This document shows positions 20,407 to 30,209 of a stretch of DNA of 64,000 bases, one piece after another; position 1 is the stretch's first letter, and each line of letters opens with the position of its first letter. A model generated the notes under the pieces. The model had not been told where the DNA came from. It was given only the letters and a program-made list of their open reading frames with translations, and ran no database searches. The position numbers were made by a program, and so were the translations under genes. Where the stretch lies: NCBI GenBank assembly GCA_035516175.1, contig DATJAO010000060.1, forward strand, positions 32,779-96,778, given 5' to 3'. The stretch comes from Nitrospirota bacterium. Its GTDB lineage: Bacteria > Nitrospirota > UBA9217.

Positions 20407-22524
20407 TTATTTTTCTTTCTGGATCTGGTTGCCTTGTCCGTGCTGCGCAGCGCGCTCCTGGACGATCTTCTGCGCCAGGTGGCTCGGAACGTCTTCATAG
20501 CCGTAGAACTCCATGGTATACATGCCCCTTCCGCTCGTGAGCGAATTGAGCGTCGGTGCGTAGGAGAGCATTTCGGACATGGGCACAAGGGCCTTGATCG
20601 TCTGGCCATTCGCCTGGGGAACCACGCCCTGCACCTTGCCGCGGCGCGAGTTCAGGTCGCCGATCACGGCCCCGAGCGTATCATCCGGCGAAACCACTTC
20701 CACGCTCATGATCGGTTCGAGCAGTACCGGCCTCGCAGCTTCAACGGCCTTTTTGAATCCCATGGACGCAGCAACCTTGAATGCCATTTCCGATGAGTCT
20801 ACGGTGTGATAGGACCCGTCATAGAGTGTGACACGGAGATCCACCATGGGATACCCGGCAAGAGAACCTTCATGCATGGCCTCAACTACCCCTTTTTCAA
20901 CGGCGGGAATGTATTGACGCGGGATCACGCCGCCAACGATCTTGTCTACGAACTCGAACCCGCTGCCGCGCGGTAGGGGCTCGAGCTCGATCCATGCATC
21001 CCCGTATTGGCCATGGCCTCCGCTCTGCTTCTTATACTTGCCCTGGGCATTCGCCTTGGCCCTGATCGTTTCTTTGTACGGGACCTTCGGCGTCTTCATC
21101 TTTACGTCGACGCCGAACTTCCGCTTGAGCTTCTCGAGCGTTACCTCGATATGCACCTGTCCCATGCCCGACAAGATCATTTCCTTGGTCTGATCATCAA
21201 AGGCGAAGCGGAGCGTCGGGTCTTCGTCGAGCAGTTTGTGAATACCGATGCTCACCTTGTCCTCGTCACCCCGTGATTTCGGTTCTATGGCAAAGGAGAG
21301 CACCGGGTCAATGAACTTTGCAAAATCAAGCACAATCGCCTGCGTCTCTGGGCACAGCGTATCACCGGTGAGGGTCTCCTTGAGTTTGGCCACAGCGCCG
21401 ATCTGGCCCGCTGAAAGTGCCTGCGCGGTGACTTGTTTCTTGCCTTCGATGTAGAACAATGAGCCGATTTTTTCTTTTGTCTGCTTATTCGAGTTATAGA
21501 CGGCAGAATCTGCCTTCAGCGTTCCAGAGAAAACCCGCACCAAGGAAAGTTTACCGGCAAAAGGGTCGATGACGGTCTTGAATACGAGTGCGGCAAGCGG
21601 TTCCTCGGGGGTTGGCTTTCGCACAATCTCTTTTCCGGCCTTCGGATCTTTCCCCTTGATCGCCACGATACCGGCCCGTTCGACCGGGGAAGGGAGGCAC
21701 ATGATCACGGCATCCATGAGTTGTTGAATCCCCATATTTTTGACCGGTGAGCCGCACAGAACAGGCAAGAGTCCGCCGCCGAGCGTTCCATGCTTGAGCC
21801 CGGCTATGAGATCTTCCTGCGAGAGGTCTCCTTTGTCCAGATACTTTTCGAGCAGGCTGTCTTCGGTCTCCGCAATCTGCTCCACAAGCTTCTTGCGGTA
21901 ATTAGCTGCATCCTGCTTCATGTTGTCGGGGATCTCTTTTTCCTCAACCTTGCCGCTATTGTCCTTCGCAAAATAGAGGGCTTTCATCTTGACGAGATCG
22001 ATGACGCCCGCAAAGTTTTCTTCGAGGCCGATAGGAAGCTGGAGTATGAGGGCGCCTTTGCAGAAGTACTTCTCCATATCGCCTACGGCACGAAAAAAGT
22101 CGGCACGCTCCTTGTCAAGCTTGCTCACGAAGGCGATACGTGGTATCTCGTAGTCGCAGGCGAACTTGTAAATCTTTTCGGTCTCGGCCTTGACACCGGA
22201 CAGGGCGGATACGATGACTATAGCACCGTCAACAGCTCGGAGGGTCCCCTTCGTTTCTTCGAGGAAGTTGATATAACCAGGGGTGTCGATTATATTGATC
22301 CGGACTCCCTTCCAGTCCACGAATCCGAGCGCTGCGGTGATCGTGATCTTTCGAGTGATCTCCTCGGCCTCGTGCATGAAGACCGATGTGTTGTCGTCCA
22401 CGCTTCCCGGGACGTCTACTGCACCTCCGACGAAGAGCATGGCGTCGGCGAGCGATGTCTTGCCCGCGGCGCCGTGTGACAGGATGGCAATGTTGCGGAT
22501 TTCCCTGACATCAGCATTTTTCAT
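20407..22524 (-). CDS. elongation factor G paralogue
   Basis: Translational GTPase domain (NIAILSHGAAGKTSL, DTPGY), then EF-G domains II-V. The G1 motif deviates from the canonical AHIDAGKTT. Confidence 0.88.
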   Translation of the reverse strand: MKNADVREIRNIAILSHGAAGKTSLADAMLFVGGAVDVPGSVDDNTSVFMHEAEEITRKITITAALGFVDWKGVRINIIDTPGYINFLEETKGTLRAVDGAIVIVSALSGVKAETEKIYKFACDYEIPRIAFVSKLDKERADFFRAVGDMEKYFCKGALILQLPIGLEENFAGVIDLVKMKALYFAKDNSGKVEEKEIPDNMKQDAANYRKKLVEQIAETEDSLLEKYLDKGDLSQEDLIAGLKHGTLGGGLLPVLCGSPVKNMGIQQLMDAVIMCLPSPVERAGIVAIKGKDPKAGKEIVRKPTPEEPLAALVFKTVIDPFAGKLSLVRVFSGTLKADSAVYNSNKQTKEKIGSLFYIEGKKQVTAQALSAGQIGAVAKLKETLTGDTLCPETQAIVLDFAKFIDPVLSFAIEPKSRGDEDKVSIGIHKLLDEDPTLRFAFDDQTKEMILSGMGQVHIEVTLEKLKRKFGVDVKMKTPKVPYKETIRAKANAQGKYKKQSGGHGQYGDAWIELEPLPRGSGFEFVDKIVGGVIPRQYIPAVEKGVVEAMHEGSLAGYPMVDLRVTLYDGSYHTVDSSEMAFKVAASMGFKKAVEAARPVLLEPIMSVEVVSPDDTLGAVIGDLNSRRGKVQGVVPQANGQTIKALVPMSEMLSYAPTLNSLTSGRGMYTMEFYGYEDVPSHLAQKIVQERAAQHGQGNQIQKEK

Positions 22525-22564
22525 AAGACACTCCTTTTGGGGATAAATTTGTTTATCTTATGAA

Positions 22565-22867
22565 CTACCAGATCTCGGACTTTATTTTTCCAGCCTGCTT
22601 GAGCAACACGTCGACCACGGCTTCACTAAAGAAGTTGGACGACTGGCGGACGTCCGCATCCACCATGCTCTCGTAGTACTTCTTCCCTTCCGCGAGTTCT
22701 TCTGTCAAAATATCGAAGAGGCTGTCCTGTTCGATTCCCTCCTTTACCTTCGCCTGGTTGTACAGGAGAATGTCCGAGAGGATGGTACGCGCGAGCCTTT
22801 TTGCTTCATCAGGATTTTTAATCAATCTCATAGCGAGGGCCCCATTACAGGAAATTCCGTCATTCAT
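22565..22867 (-). CDS. hypothetical helical protein, translationally coupled to rseC
   Basis: Its ATG overlaps the rseC TGA (ATGA at 22865-22869). 100 aa. No family recognised. Confidence 0.5.
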   Translation of the reverse strand: MNDGISCNGALAMRLIKNPDEAKRLARTILSDILLYNQAKVKEGIEQDSLFDILTEELAEGKKYYESMVDADVRQSSNFFSEAVVDVLLKQAGKIKSEIW

Positions 22868-23301
22868 CAGGAAAGAATCTCGACGATGACGGGCTTGTAT
22901 TTCTGAGTTTTTTCCACTTTTTTATTGTACATACGGATGAAGAAAAAAGAGATCAGGAGGCACCCGGCTCCTGCGATAAATGCCCAGAGGTCGGAGTTCG
23001 CTTCTGCTCCATAAAGCACCGCCACGTTCTTGGCAAGAATGGCCCCGCCGATGAACGCCGCCATAGGAATGCCGTATAGAATGATCGATGCTTTCAGATA
23101 GAGCTGGGGAGCGACAACCACTTTCACCTTCTGCCCTTTGACCGCACCAAGAGGGTTGGCTGCCTCCATGAATGACTGATCACCGGGATGACATACCCCT
23201 GCAGCTACACACTGCTCACAGGCGCTCTTTTTCAAGAGCGCTACCCTGGCGACACTCCCCTCGACCTCTGCTACAATTCCTTCTTCTTCGATCATAATCA
23301 T
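22867..23301 (-). CDS. rseC: RseC/MucC-family (SoxR-reducing system) membrane protein
   Basis: N-terminal EGIVAEVEGSVARVALLKKSACEQC..GVC Cys cluster followed by two TM helices. Confidence 0.7.
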   Translation of the reverse strand: MIMIEEEGIVAEVEGSVARVALLKKSACEQCVAAGVCHPGDQSFMEAANPLGAVKGQKVKVVVAPQLYLKASIILYGIPMAAFIGGAILAKNVAVLYGAEANSDLWAFIAGAGCLLISFFFIRMYNKKVEKTQKYKPVIVEILS

Positions 23302-23388
23302 CCCTCGATCTCACCACCATGACACACAAGCTCAAGTTTTTTCTCAGTATTCACGGTGCCATAGTGACCGGGTGGTTCGATCTCTCTT

Positions 23389-24981
23389 CTAATTCTTCTT
23401 CGCCGTCCGCAGAAGCTTGTATTCGATGCTGTCCACCAGCGCCTGCCAGCTCGCTTCGATCACGTTTTCGGACACACCGACCGTGCCCCATTTATTCGTG
23501 CCGTCTCCTGACTCGATCAGCACCCGCACCCGCGCAGCTGTGCCCTCGGCTGCGGTCAGTACCCGCACCTTGTAGTCGATCAACCTCACGTTCTCCAGCC
23601 CCCTGCCAGGGAAATATTTCGGAAGTACCTTGCGGAGCGCCTTGTCCAAAGCATTGATGGGACCATTTCCCCAAGCCGCAGTGTGCTCGATGTTCCCTCC
23701 GACCTCTACCGTAACCGTAGCCTCGCTCACCGGATGAGGGTCAACCTTCCGCCTTTCGGTCAAGATACGATAATCAATGCGATCGAACATATTGAAGACC
23801 GATTCATAATTGTGCCCAGCGCGCAGCATGAGCAGTTCAAGCGATCCTTCGGCACCCTCGAACTCATATCCTTCGCTTTCCAGCTGTTTGACTTTCTTGA
23901 GGATCGTGATAAGTTCTGGGCTATTCGTGGAGAGCGGGATATTAAGTTCGGCCGCCTTCTGAAGAATATTACTTTTTCCCGCAAGATCCGAGACGAGGAT
24001 ACGCCGTTTGTTGCCGACCCGTTCTGGGATAATATGCTCGTATGTGAGGGGGTTCTTCACCACCGCATCGACGTGAACACCGGCTTTGTGCGCGAATGCA
24101 CTATCTCCGATATAGGGCTGTCGCTTGCGGTGCGGGAGATTCGCGAGTTCATCCACATACCGAGATACTTCTCTAAGTTTCGAGAGGTTCGCGTCGGAGA
24201 TACAGTCTATTCCCAACTTTAATTTGAGCGCTGGGATGATGGAGCAGAGATTCGCGTTTCCGCACCGTTCGCCGTATCCGTTGATGGTCCCATGTACCTG
24301 CACCGCTCCCAGCCTGATCGCAGCTAGAGAATTTGCAACGGCGAGCTCGGAGTCATTATGTGCGTGAATCCCGAAGGGAACCTTTATCCGCCGCTTGATG
24401 TTTGTGACGATTCGTTCCAAGTCGTTCGGCAGGGTACCGCCGTTCGTATCGCACAGTACCAGGCAGTCCGCCCCCGCTGCCTCGGCAGCGAGCAACGTCT
24501 GAATGGCATATTCGGCATTTGCCTTGTACCCGTCGAAGAAGTGCTCTGCATCATAGAAAACTTCGTCCATGTGCTTTTTGAGGAACGCCACGGAATCGCT
24601 GATAATCCGAAGATTTTCGTCAAGGGTGGTTTTGAGAGCCTTCAGGACATGGAGGTCCCAGCTTTTTCCATAAATGGTCGCTGTAAGCACTCCCGATGCA
24701 ACAAGTGCCTTGAGACTCGGGTCTTCCGAAGCCTTAAGCTTTGTCCGCCGCGTGGCGCCGAAGGCAACAAGCTTGGCTTTTCTCAGCTTGACGCGACGCA
24801 TCTCTTTGAAGAACTCGACGTCACGAGGGTTGGAGCCAGGCCAGCCGCCTTCGATGTAGCGCACCCCGAACTGATCAAGCTTTTTGGCCACGCGCACCAT
24901 ATCCTCGACCGAGAAGTTCACGTCCTCAGCCTGTGCGCCGTCGCGGAGCGTGGTGTCGTATAATTGAACAGTGGTCTTCAT
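23389..24981 (-). CDS. cimA: (R)-citramalate synthase (LeuA/CimA family)
   Basis: YDTTLRDGAQAEDVNFSVEDMVRVAKKLDQFGVRYIEGGWPGSNPRDVEFF N-terminus, HAHND motif and a LeuA-dimer C-terminal domain. 530 aa, as for CimA. Confidence 0.85.
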   Translation of the reverse strand: MKTTVQLYDTTLRDGAQAEDVNFSVEDMVRVAKKLDQFGVRYIEGGWPGSNPRDVEFFKEMRRVKLRKAKLVAFGATRRTKLKASEDPSLKALVASGVLTATIYGKSWDLHVLKALKTTLDENLRIISDSVAFLKKHMDEVFYDAEHFFDGYKANAEYAIQTLLAAEAAGADCLVLCDTNGGTLPNDLERIVTNIKRRIKVPFGIHAHNDSELAVANSLAAIRLGAVQVHGTINGYGERCGNANLCSIIPALKLKLGIDCISDANLSKLREVSRYVDELANLPHRKRQPYIGDSAFAHKAGVHVDAVVKNPLTYEHIIPERVGNKRRILVSDLAGKSNILQKAAELNIPLSTNSPELITILKKVKQLESEGYEFEGAEGSLELLMLRAGHNYESVFNMFDRIDYRILTERRKVDPHPVSEATVTVEVGGNIEHTAAWGNGPINALDKALRKVLPKYFPGRGLENVRLIDYKVRVLTAAEGTAARVRVLIESGDGTNKWGTVGVSENVIEASWQALVDSIEYKLLRTAKKN

Positions 24982-25046
24982 GTTTGTTTCGCATGGTGCA
25001 GAGTACGCAGAGCACGGGGCTCTGCCCTTTGCTCTCTCTGCCCTTC

Positions 25047-26264
25047 CTACGCCGCCTTGTCCATCTCAAAGGTCTCGTGGAGCACTCTGACAGCGAGCTC
25101 CGTGTACTTGGCATCAATCACGCAGGAGATCTTGATCTCTGACGTGCTGATCATCATGATATTGATCCCTTCCTTGGCCAGAGAAGAGAACATCTTAGCA
25201 GCAACGCCAGAATGCGAGCGCATACCCACCCCGATGATCGATACTTTGGCGATATCTTCCTTGAGGTTTACGCCCTGGGCGTCGATCTCGGCCACGACCT
25301 TCTTCATGACCTCCATGATCTTCTTTGAGTCGGTCTTGGGCACGGTAAAGGACATATCCGTAAGTCCGCCTTCGCCGATGTTCTGGATGATCATGTCAAC
25401 GATAATATTGTTGTCGGCGATCTCATTGAATATCCTTCCCGCCACACCCGGTTTGTCCGGCACGCCCGTAACCGTCACCTTTACCTGGTTCTTATCGTAT
25501 GCCACGCCGGACACTACCACTTTCTCCATGTCAGAATCCTCCTTGGTCACGAGGGTCCCGGGGTTATCATTGAAACTCGAGAGCACTCTCACCGGAACAT
25601 TGTATTTTTTAGCGAACTCGACGGAGCGGGTCTGAAGCACCTTGGCACCAAGGCTCGCCATCTCGAGCATTTCCTCGTAGGATATCTTGTCAAGTTTTCT
25701 AGCCTGCGGCACCATGTTCGGGTCCGTGGTATACACACCGTCCACATCTGTATAGATATCGCAAAAATCAGCCTTAAGCGCCGCCGCGACCGCCACGGCC
25801 GTGAGGTCAGAACCGCCGCGGCCGAGCGTCGTCACATCGGACTGCTCGTTGATGCCCTGAAAGCCCGCAACCACTGCGATCTTACCCTCCTTGATCGCCT
25901 GCTTGAGCCGTTCGCCCGTGATCTTCTCTATCCGCGCCTTCGTGTGGACGCTGTCCGAAATGATCCCCGCCTGCCGTCCGGTGAACGACTGCGCCTTGTG
26001 CCCGAGCGAATGGATCGCCATGGCCAGGAGCGCAATGGTCACTCGTTCTCCTGTTGACACGAGCATGTCCATCTCTCGAGGATCCGGGTTCTCGGTCACC
26101 TGCGAAGCAAGGTTGATGAGTTTGTCCGTCTCGCCGCTCATGGCCGAGACAACCACTACCACATCGTTGCCTTCCTCTTTCGTGCGGCAGACGCGCCGTG
26201 CCACATGCTTGATACGTTCAGGGTTCCCGACGGAGGTCCCGCCGTATTTCTGTACTATGAGCAC
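25047..26264 (-). CDS. lysC: aspartate kinase
   Basis: [12 protein letters not shown]-terminus, [12 protein letters not shown], two C-terminal ACT domains. GTG start with a GGAGGGAAGAGG RBS. Confidence 0.92.
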   Translation of the reverse strand: MLIVQKYGGTSVGNPERIKHVARRVCRTKEEGNDVVVVVSAMSGETDKLINLASQVTENPDPREMDMLVSTGERVTIALLAMAIHSLGHKAQSFTGRQAGIISDSVHTKARIEKITGERLKQAIKEGKIAVVAGFQGINEQSDVTTLGRGGSDLTAVAVAAALKADFCDIYTDVDGVYTTDPNMVPQARKLDKISYEEMLEMASLGAKVLQTRSVEFAKKYNVPVRVLSSFNDNPGTLVTKEDSDMEKVVVSGVAYDKNQVKVTVTGVPDKPGVAGRIFNEIADNNIIVDMIIQNIGEGGLTDMSFTVPKTDSKKIMEVMKKVVAEIDAQGVNLKEDIAKVSIIGVGMRSHSGVAAKMFSSLAKEGINIMMISTSEIKISCVIDAKYTELAVRVLHETFEMDKAA

Positions 26265-26274
26265 CCTCTTCCCT

Positions 26275-26405
26275 CCATGACATTTACTCTAAATAGAAGA
26301 GCTGATTCAGACGAGCTACACAACTATTCCGAATGACATGAATGAGCCTTGCTTTCCTTCTTATTCGTGTCATTCGTCCCTTCATGTCATTGGTGTTCAT
26401 GCATT
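26275..26405 (-). repeat. cluster of 4-5 copies of a TTC(A/G)TGTCATT motif in the lysC leader
   Basis: Plus-strand copies: CCATGACATTT (26275-85, abutting the SD), CCGAATGACATGAATG (26329-44), ATTCGTGTCATTCG (26363-76), CTTCATGTCATTGG (26380-93), and a degenerate TTCATGCATT (26396-405). Two point in one orientation and three in the other. Confidence 0.6.
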
Positions 26406-26410
26406 TCACG

Positions 26411-27640
26411 CTACTTCTTCAAGAAATAATCCATCAGCGTATGCCCATCCTCGAACATCAAGGCACCTTCCCGCTCCGCGATGCGCTCGTCGTAGGGCAC
26501 AGGACCGCCTTTGCGCTCCGACCTGTTGTCGTAAATGACGAAGGGTACGGGCTCGTTCGTGTGCGTCCTGATCTCAAGCGGCGTCGGATGGTCCGGGAGC
26601 GCCAGGATACGATACTCATCGAACTGCTTCATCCCGTGAATGATGTTGCCTACGATATACTCATCAAAGTCTTCGATGGCCCTGAGCTTGTTTTTAAGAT
26701 CGCCGGTGTGGCCCGCTTCATCCGGCGCCTCCACATGAACATAAACAATGTCCTTTGTCTTGAGCGCCCAGAGCGCATGCTCGGCCTTGCCAACGTAGTT
26801 CGTATCGATCCAGCCGGTCGCGCCCGGTACGTTGATCACCTCGAACCCAGCATATATGCCGATGCCTTTGGTAAGGTCCACGGCAGAGATCATGGCCCCT
26901 TCGAGGCCGTATTTTTCTTTGAAGGTAGGCATGCTCGGCCTCTTGCCCTGTCCCCAGAGCCAGATGCTGTTCGCCGGACGCTTGCCGTTTTCGACCCTGG
27001 CGTTATTGGCTGGATGGTGCAGGAGCAGGTCCGTTGACGCTTCCATCAGGGCATTAAGGACTTCGTCTCCTTCTCCTCGCGGAAGGTAGTCCTGAATATC
27101 CTTGTCCTGGATATCGTGTGGCGGCGTGCAATCGACCTTGTCCTTGCCCCCTTTCCAGACCATGAGGTGGCGGTAGCTCACGCCGGTATAGAAACGGATA
27201 CGGTCGCTACCAAGCTTACTATCAATCTCTTCGATGAGCAGGCGGGCATCCTGAGTGGGGATATGGCCTGCGCTGAAATCTTCCATGATCGCACGCCGCG
27301 CCGTGCCCGAGGCTGAGGATTTTCCACCGACGATGCGAAGCGTCACCAGATTACAGCGAAAGGCAACGTCATCAGGCCCCAGGTTGACGCCGATGCTCGC
27401 GGCTTCGAGGGGTGAGCGACCAGTATAGTATTTCCTCGGGTCATACCCCATGACCGTAAGGTTGGCAACGTCACTGCCCGGTGGAAACCCTTCCGGAATT
27501 GTGTGCACCATCCCTACCTTCCCGAGGGTCGCGAGCCGGTCGAGGTTCGGCGTTTTCGCCGCCTGCAGGCAGGTCTTGCCCCCGAGCTCTGCATGCGGCC
27601 TGTCAGCCATTCCATCACCGAGTAATATTATATATTTCAT
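26411..27640 (-). CDS. ApgM-type cofactor-independent phosphoglycerate mutase homologue (proposed alternative homoserine kinase)
   Basis: MKYIILLGDGMADRP N-terminus and metalloenzyme (alkaline-phosphatase superfamily) fold. Located between lysC and the thrC-like gene. Confidence 0.85.
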   Translation of the reverse strand: MKYIILLGDGMADRPHAELGGKTCLQAAKTPNLDRLATLGKVGMVHTIPEGFPPGSDVANLTVMGYDPRKYYTGRSPLEAASIGVNLGPDDVAFRCNLVTLRIVGGKSSASGTARRAIMEDFSAGHIPTQDARLLIEEIDSKLGSDRIRFYTGVSYRHLMVWKGGKDKVDCTPPHDIQDKDIQDYLPRGEGDEVLNALMEASTDLLLHHPANNARVENGKRPANSIWLWGQGKRPSMPTFKEKYGLEGAMISAVDLTKGIGIYAGFEVINVPGATGWIDTNYVGKAEHALWALKTKDIVYVHVEAPDEAGHTGDLKNKLRAIEDFDEYIVGNIIHGMKQFDEYRILALPDHPTPLEIRTHTNEPVPFVIYDNRSERKGGPVPYDERIAEREGALMFEDGHTLMDYFLKK

Positions 27641-27781
27641 AATATAAATAAAGAGTCAGAGGATATGACGTTTGGTTACATCGACTCATAACCATTACCC
27701 CTGAACCCTATCAGGATCTGAACACTTTTACGACCGCATCCATCATGGTCGTTATAATCTTGACAATCCCAGTCTTTGCAT

Positions 27782-28024
27782 TTATGAACTGACAACATCA
27801 CCTTCAACGGCTTCTACCTTTACGCCGCGCTCTTTGAGATACTTGATGCCTTCCTCGAGTTTTTTTTCCGCGCCTTCAAGTTCAAGAACTACCTCACCCA
27901 CGCTTTCAGTAACTTTGGCGCGGCGGATATTCGGCATTACATCGAACTTCCTCGCCATGGTGAAGATCACCGGTTCCTTGATCAGTTCCTGCGGGAAAGT
28001 AAGCTTAACCCTCTTCGTTGCCAT
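27782..28024 (-). CDS. NIL-domain protein (stand-alone)
   Basis: 80 aa from ATG 28024 with a GAAGGAGG RBS. KRVKLTFPQELIKEPVIFTMARKFDVMPNIRRAKV...VVLELEG matches the NIL/MetN C-terminal domain pattern. Confidence 0.65.
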   Translation of the reverse strand: MATKRVKLTFPQELIKEPVIFTMARKFDVMPNIRRAKVTESVGEVVLELEGAEKKLEEGIKYLKERGVKVEAVEGDVVSS

Positions 28025-28133
28025 GTTGCCTCCTTCTATTATTACTGCAGAGGTTGCAGGTGGCACAGTAATCATAACCTTGAATTTTGAAAGATCCGCA
28101 CTGCATTATCAACTTTCTCTCTGGTAAAAGTCT

Positions 28134-28412
28134 TTACTGTGTCCCACCAGCAATTGCAGGTACGATCGAGACATTATCGCCATCCTTCAGAGTGGTCTCT
28201 TCCTTGTTCACAAAGCGGATGTCCTCTTCGTTCACATAAATATTGATGAACCGTCGGATCTTACCGCCATCCGATAGCCGCTCCTTCATGCCCGGATAGT
28301 CCTTCTCCAGGGCGTCGACAAGCTCCACGATGTTCCTCGCGCTGCACTCCACATCTGCTCTGCCGTTCGTGAGCTTCTGCAAGGGAGTTGGTATTCTCAC
28401 TTTAATCGCCAT
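28134..28412 (-). CDS. MoaD/ThiS-family sulfur-carrier protein with masked C-terminus (...AGG-TQ)
   Basis: 92 aa from ATG 28412 with an AGGAGG RBS. Beta-grasp pattern. Ends DGDNVSIVPAIAGGTQ*. Confidence 0.75.
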   Translation of the reverse strand: MAIKVRIPTPLQKLTNGRADVECSARNIVELVDALEKDYPGMKERLSDGGKIRRFINIYVNEEDIRFVNKEETTLKDGDNVSIVPAIAGGTQ

Positions 28413-28522
28413 GTCTTTCCTCCTGAAAATGCGATTCACCTGAAATTGCTCCGATAGACACCCTAAGACAAAGAAGAACAGATTTTGCATTTCTTCGTGT
28501 CCGCTGTGGCTCTGTATCTAAA

Positions 28523-29755
28523 TCAACTGATTTGCTTCAGCAGTTTCTCGAAAGAGTCGATGTTCGGCTTGATCGGAGTCGGTCGTTTGAGATGGTCAGT
28601 GACTGCCTCGGTAGTCTTAAGTCCGTTGCCGGTGATGCAGATCACAAGTGTCTCGTCCTTCGGTATCCTGCCTGCATCGATGAGTTTTTTGGCCGCCGAT
28701 ACGGTCACACCGCCTGCCGTCTCGGCAAACACGCCTTCTGTTTCGGCAAGAAGCTTGATCGCATCCACGATCTCCTGGTCCGACGAATCCGCGCCGAACC
28801 CGCCCGTATCCCTCGTGACCTTCACCGCATAGTAGCCGTCAGCGGGGTTCCCGATTGCAAGGGACTTGGCTATAGTCTTGGGTTTTACCGGCTTAACGAT
28901 GTCACTCCCCTCCTTGATCGTCGCAGCGATCGGATTGCAGCCTGCGGCCTGCGCCGCGAACATCCTGGTTTTCACCGGCGGAACAAGGCCGATCTGCTCA
29001 AGCTCCTTAAAAGCCTTCCAAATCTTTGTCATGAGCGAGCCGCTGGCGTTGGGCACCACAATGTTGCGCGGTGTATTCCACCCAAGCTGCTCGACGATCT
29101 CGAAGCCCATAGACTTCGAGCCCTCACCATAGAACGGCCGGATATTGATGTTCACAAAGGCCCATGGATACTTGTTCGCGACCTCGGAGCAAAGGCGGTT
29201 CACCTCGTCGTAGTTGCCGTCAACCATCACCAGGTTGGGTTGGTAAATGAGCGAATTAATGGTCTTAGAAAGCTCAAGGTCGGACGGAGTAAATATAAAT
29301 CGCCTCATGCCCGCCCGCGCGGCCTGCGCAGCCACGGAGTTGGCAAGGTTGCCTGTCGATGCGCATGCCACAGTATCGAATCCGAACTCCTTTGCCTTCG
29401 TGATAGCCACGGCCACCACCCGGTCTTTGAACGAAAGGGTCGGATGGTTCACGGAGTCATCCTTGAGGTATATCTCCTTCACACCCCATGCCTTGGCCAG
29501 GTTCTGGGCTTTCATGAGCGGAGTAAAACCGGTGTCGAAGCCCGTGGCCGGGTCGCCTTCGATCGGCAGGAGCTCGCGGTAACGCCACATATGGTGCGGC
29601 CTGGACTCGATCTTCTGCTTCGTCATGTCCTTCTTGATCCTCTCGTAATCGTACGTGACTTCGAGCGGCCCGAAACAGAACTCGCATACATAAACGGGGT
29701 CAACCTTGTACTCCCTACCGCACTCTACGCACCGTAACCCCTTTACATACGTCAT
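28523..29755 (-). CDS. thrC: threonine synthase-family PLP enzyme with N-terminal zinc ribbon (ThrC, or a ThrC-like homocysteine synthase)
   Basis: CVECGREY...CEFCFGPLEV zinc ribbon. HPTLSFKDR PLP-lysine motif. Fold-type II PLP enzyme, 410 aa. Confidence 0.85.
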   Translation of the reverse strand: MTYVKGLRCVECGREYKVDPVYVCEFCFGPLEVTYDYERIKKDMTKQKIESRPHHMWRYRELLPIEGDPATGFDTGFTPLMKAQNLAKAWGVKEIYLKDDSVNHPTLSFKDRVVAVAITKAKEFGFDTVACASTGNLANSVAAQAARAGMRRFIFTPSDLELSKTINSLIYQPNLVMVDGNYDEVNRLCSEVANKYPWAFVNINIRPFYGEGSKSMGFEIVEQLGWNTPRNIVVPNASGSLMTKIWKAFKELEQIGLVPPVKTRMFAAQAAGCNPIAATIKEGSDIVKPVKPKTIAKSLAIGNPADGYYAVKVTRDTGGFGADSSDQEIVDAIKLLAETEGVFAETAGGVTVSAAKKLIDAGRIPKDETLVICITGNGLKTTEAVTDHLKRPTPIKPNIDSFEKLLKQIS

Positions 29756-29761
29756 CAGCTA

Positions 29762-30169
29762 TTATTCCTCCGGAATAATGTTCAAGGGGACTTCCGTAAT
29801 TTCCCCTTTAATGATGTTATACCCTTTTGCGACCGGGTTCTGTCTATCCATGAGCGAAACAATCACATATACTGCTTCCGGGTAGTACGCCAAATCTACA
29901 TCGGTTGAGGACGGGAATGCCGGGCCGCCGGGATGCGAATGATAAATGCTAACCAAATCTAATCCAGCTTCCCGCATCTCTCGAATTACCCGGAAGTGCT
30001 CTTTCGAGTCAATTTGATAAAATGTAGGACTCGGCATCTCACTGACGAGCGTATAAACTTTTTGGACCCTGTTATCCCTGCCGACAAGGATCCCGCATGC
30101 TTCATTGGGATACACGCGATCGCAATGCTCGTAGATACTCTGGAGATCGGTCTTTTTGATCGTCAGCAA
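29762..30169 (-). CDS. JAMM/MPN+ metalloprotease (Mec+/HcyD/QbsD-like)
   Basis: NEACGILVG ... YHSHPGGPAFPSSTD is the complete E..HxH..S..D JAMM motif. 135 aa. Confidence 0.85.
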   Translation of the reverse strand: MLTIKKTDLQSIYEHCDRVYPNEACGILVGRDNRVQKVYTLVSEMPSPTFYQIDSKEHFRVIREMREAGLDLVSIYHSHPGGPAFPSSTDVDLAYYPEAVYVIVSLMDRQNPVAKGYNIIKGEITEVPLNIIPEE

Positions 30170-30209
30170 CTGGAAAGATGCCCTCGTCTCTTATCCCTCA
30201 ACAGTGCCT

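Noticed and set aside
20407-22524. Deviant G1 motif (SHGAAGKTS) in the EF-G paralogue, considered as a sign of a novel GTPase.
   Set aside because: EF-G paralogues with divergent P-loops are widespread in anaerobes. The rest of the protein is ordinary EF-G architecture.
26265-26410. Lysine (L-box) riboswitch upstream of lysC.
   Set aside because: The spacer is only 146 nt and lacks the L-box conserved helices and motifs. It is reported instead as an unexplained repeat cluster.
28532-29737. 401-aa ORF on the plus strand, nearly as long as thrC.
   Set aside because: It is exactly antisense to the well-supported ThrC-family gene. Its product is Arg/His/Leu-rich with no motif, which is typical of a shadow ORF in GC-rich coding DNA. 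The same applies to 2075..2926 (-), 41887..42726 (+), 47434..48399 (+), 17703..18392 (+), 21790..22479 (+), 54943..55602 (+), 58692..59828 (+) and the other long antisense ORFs.
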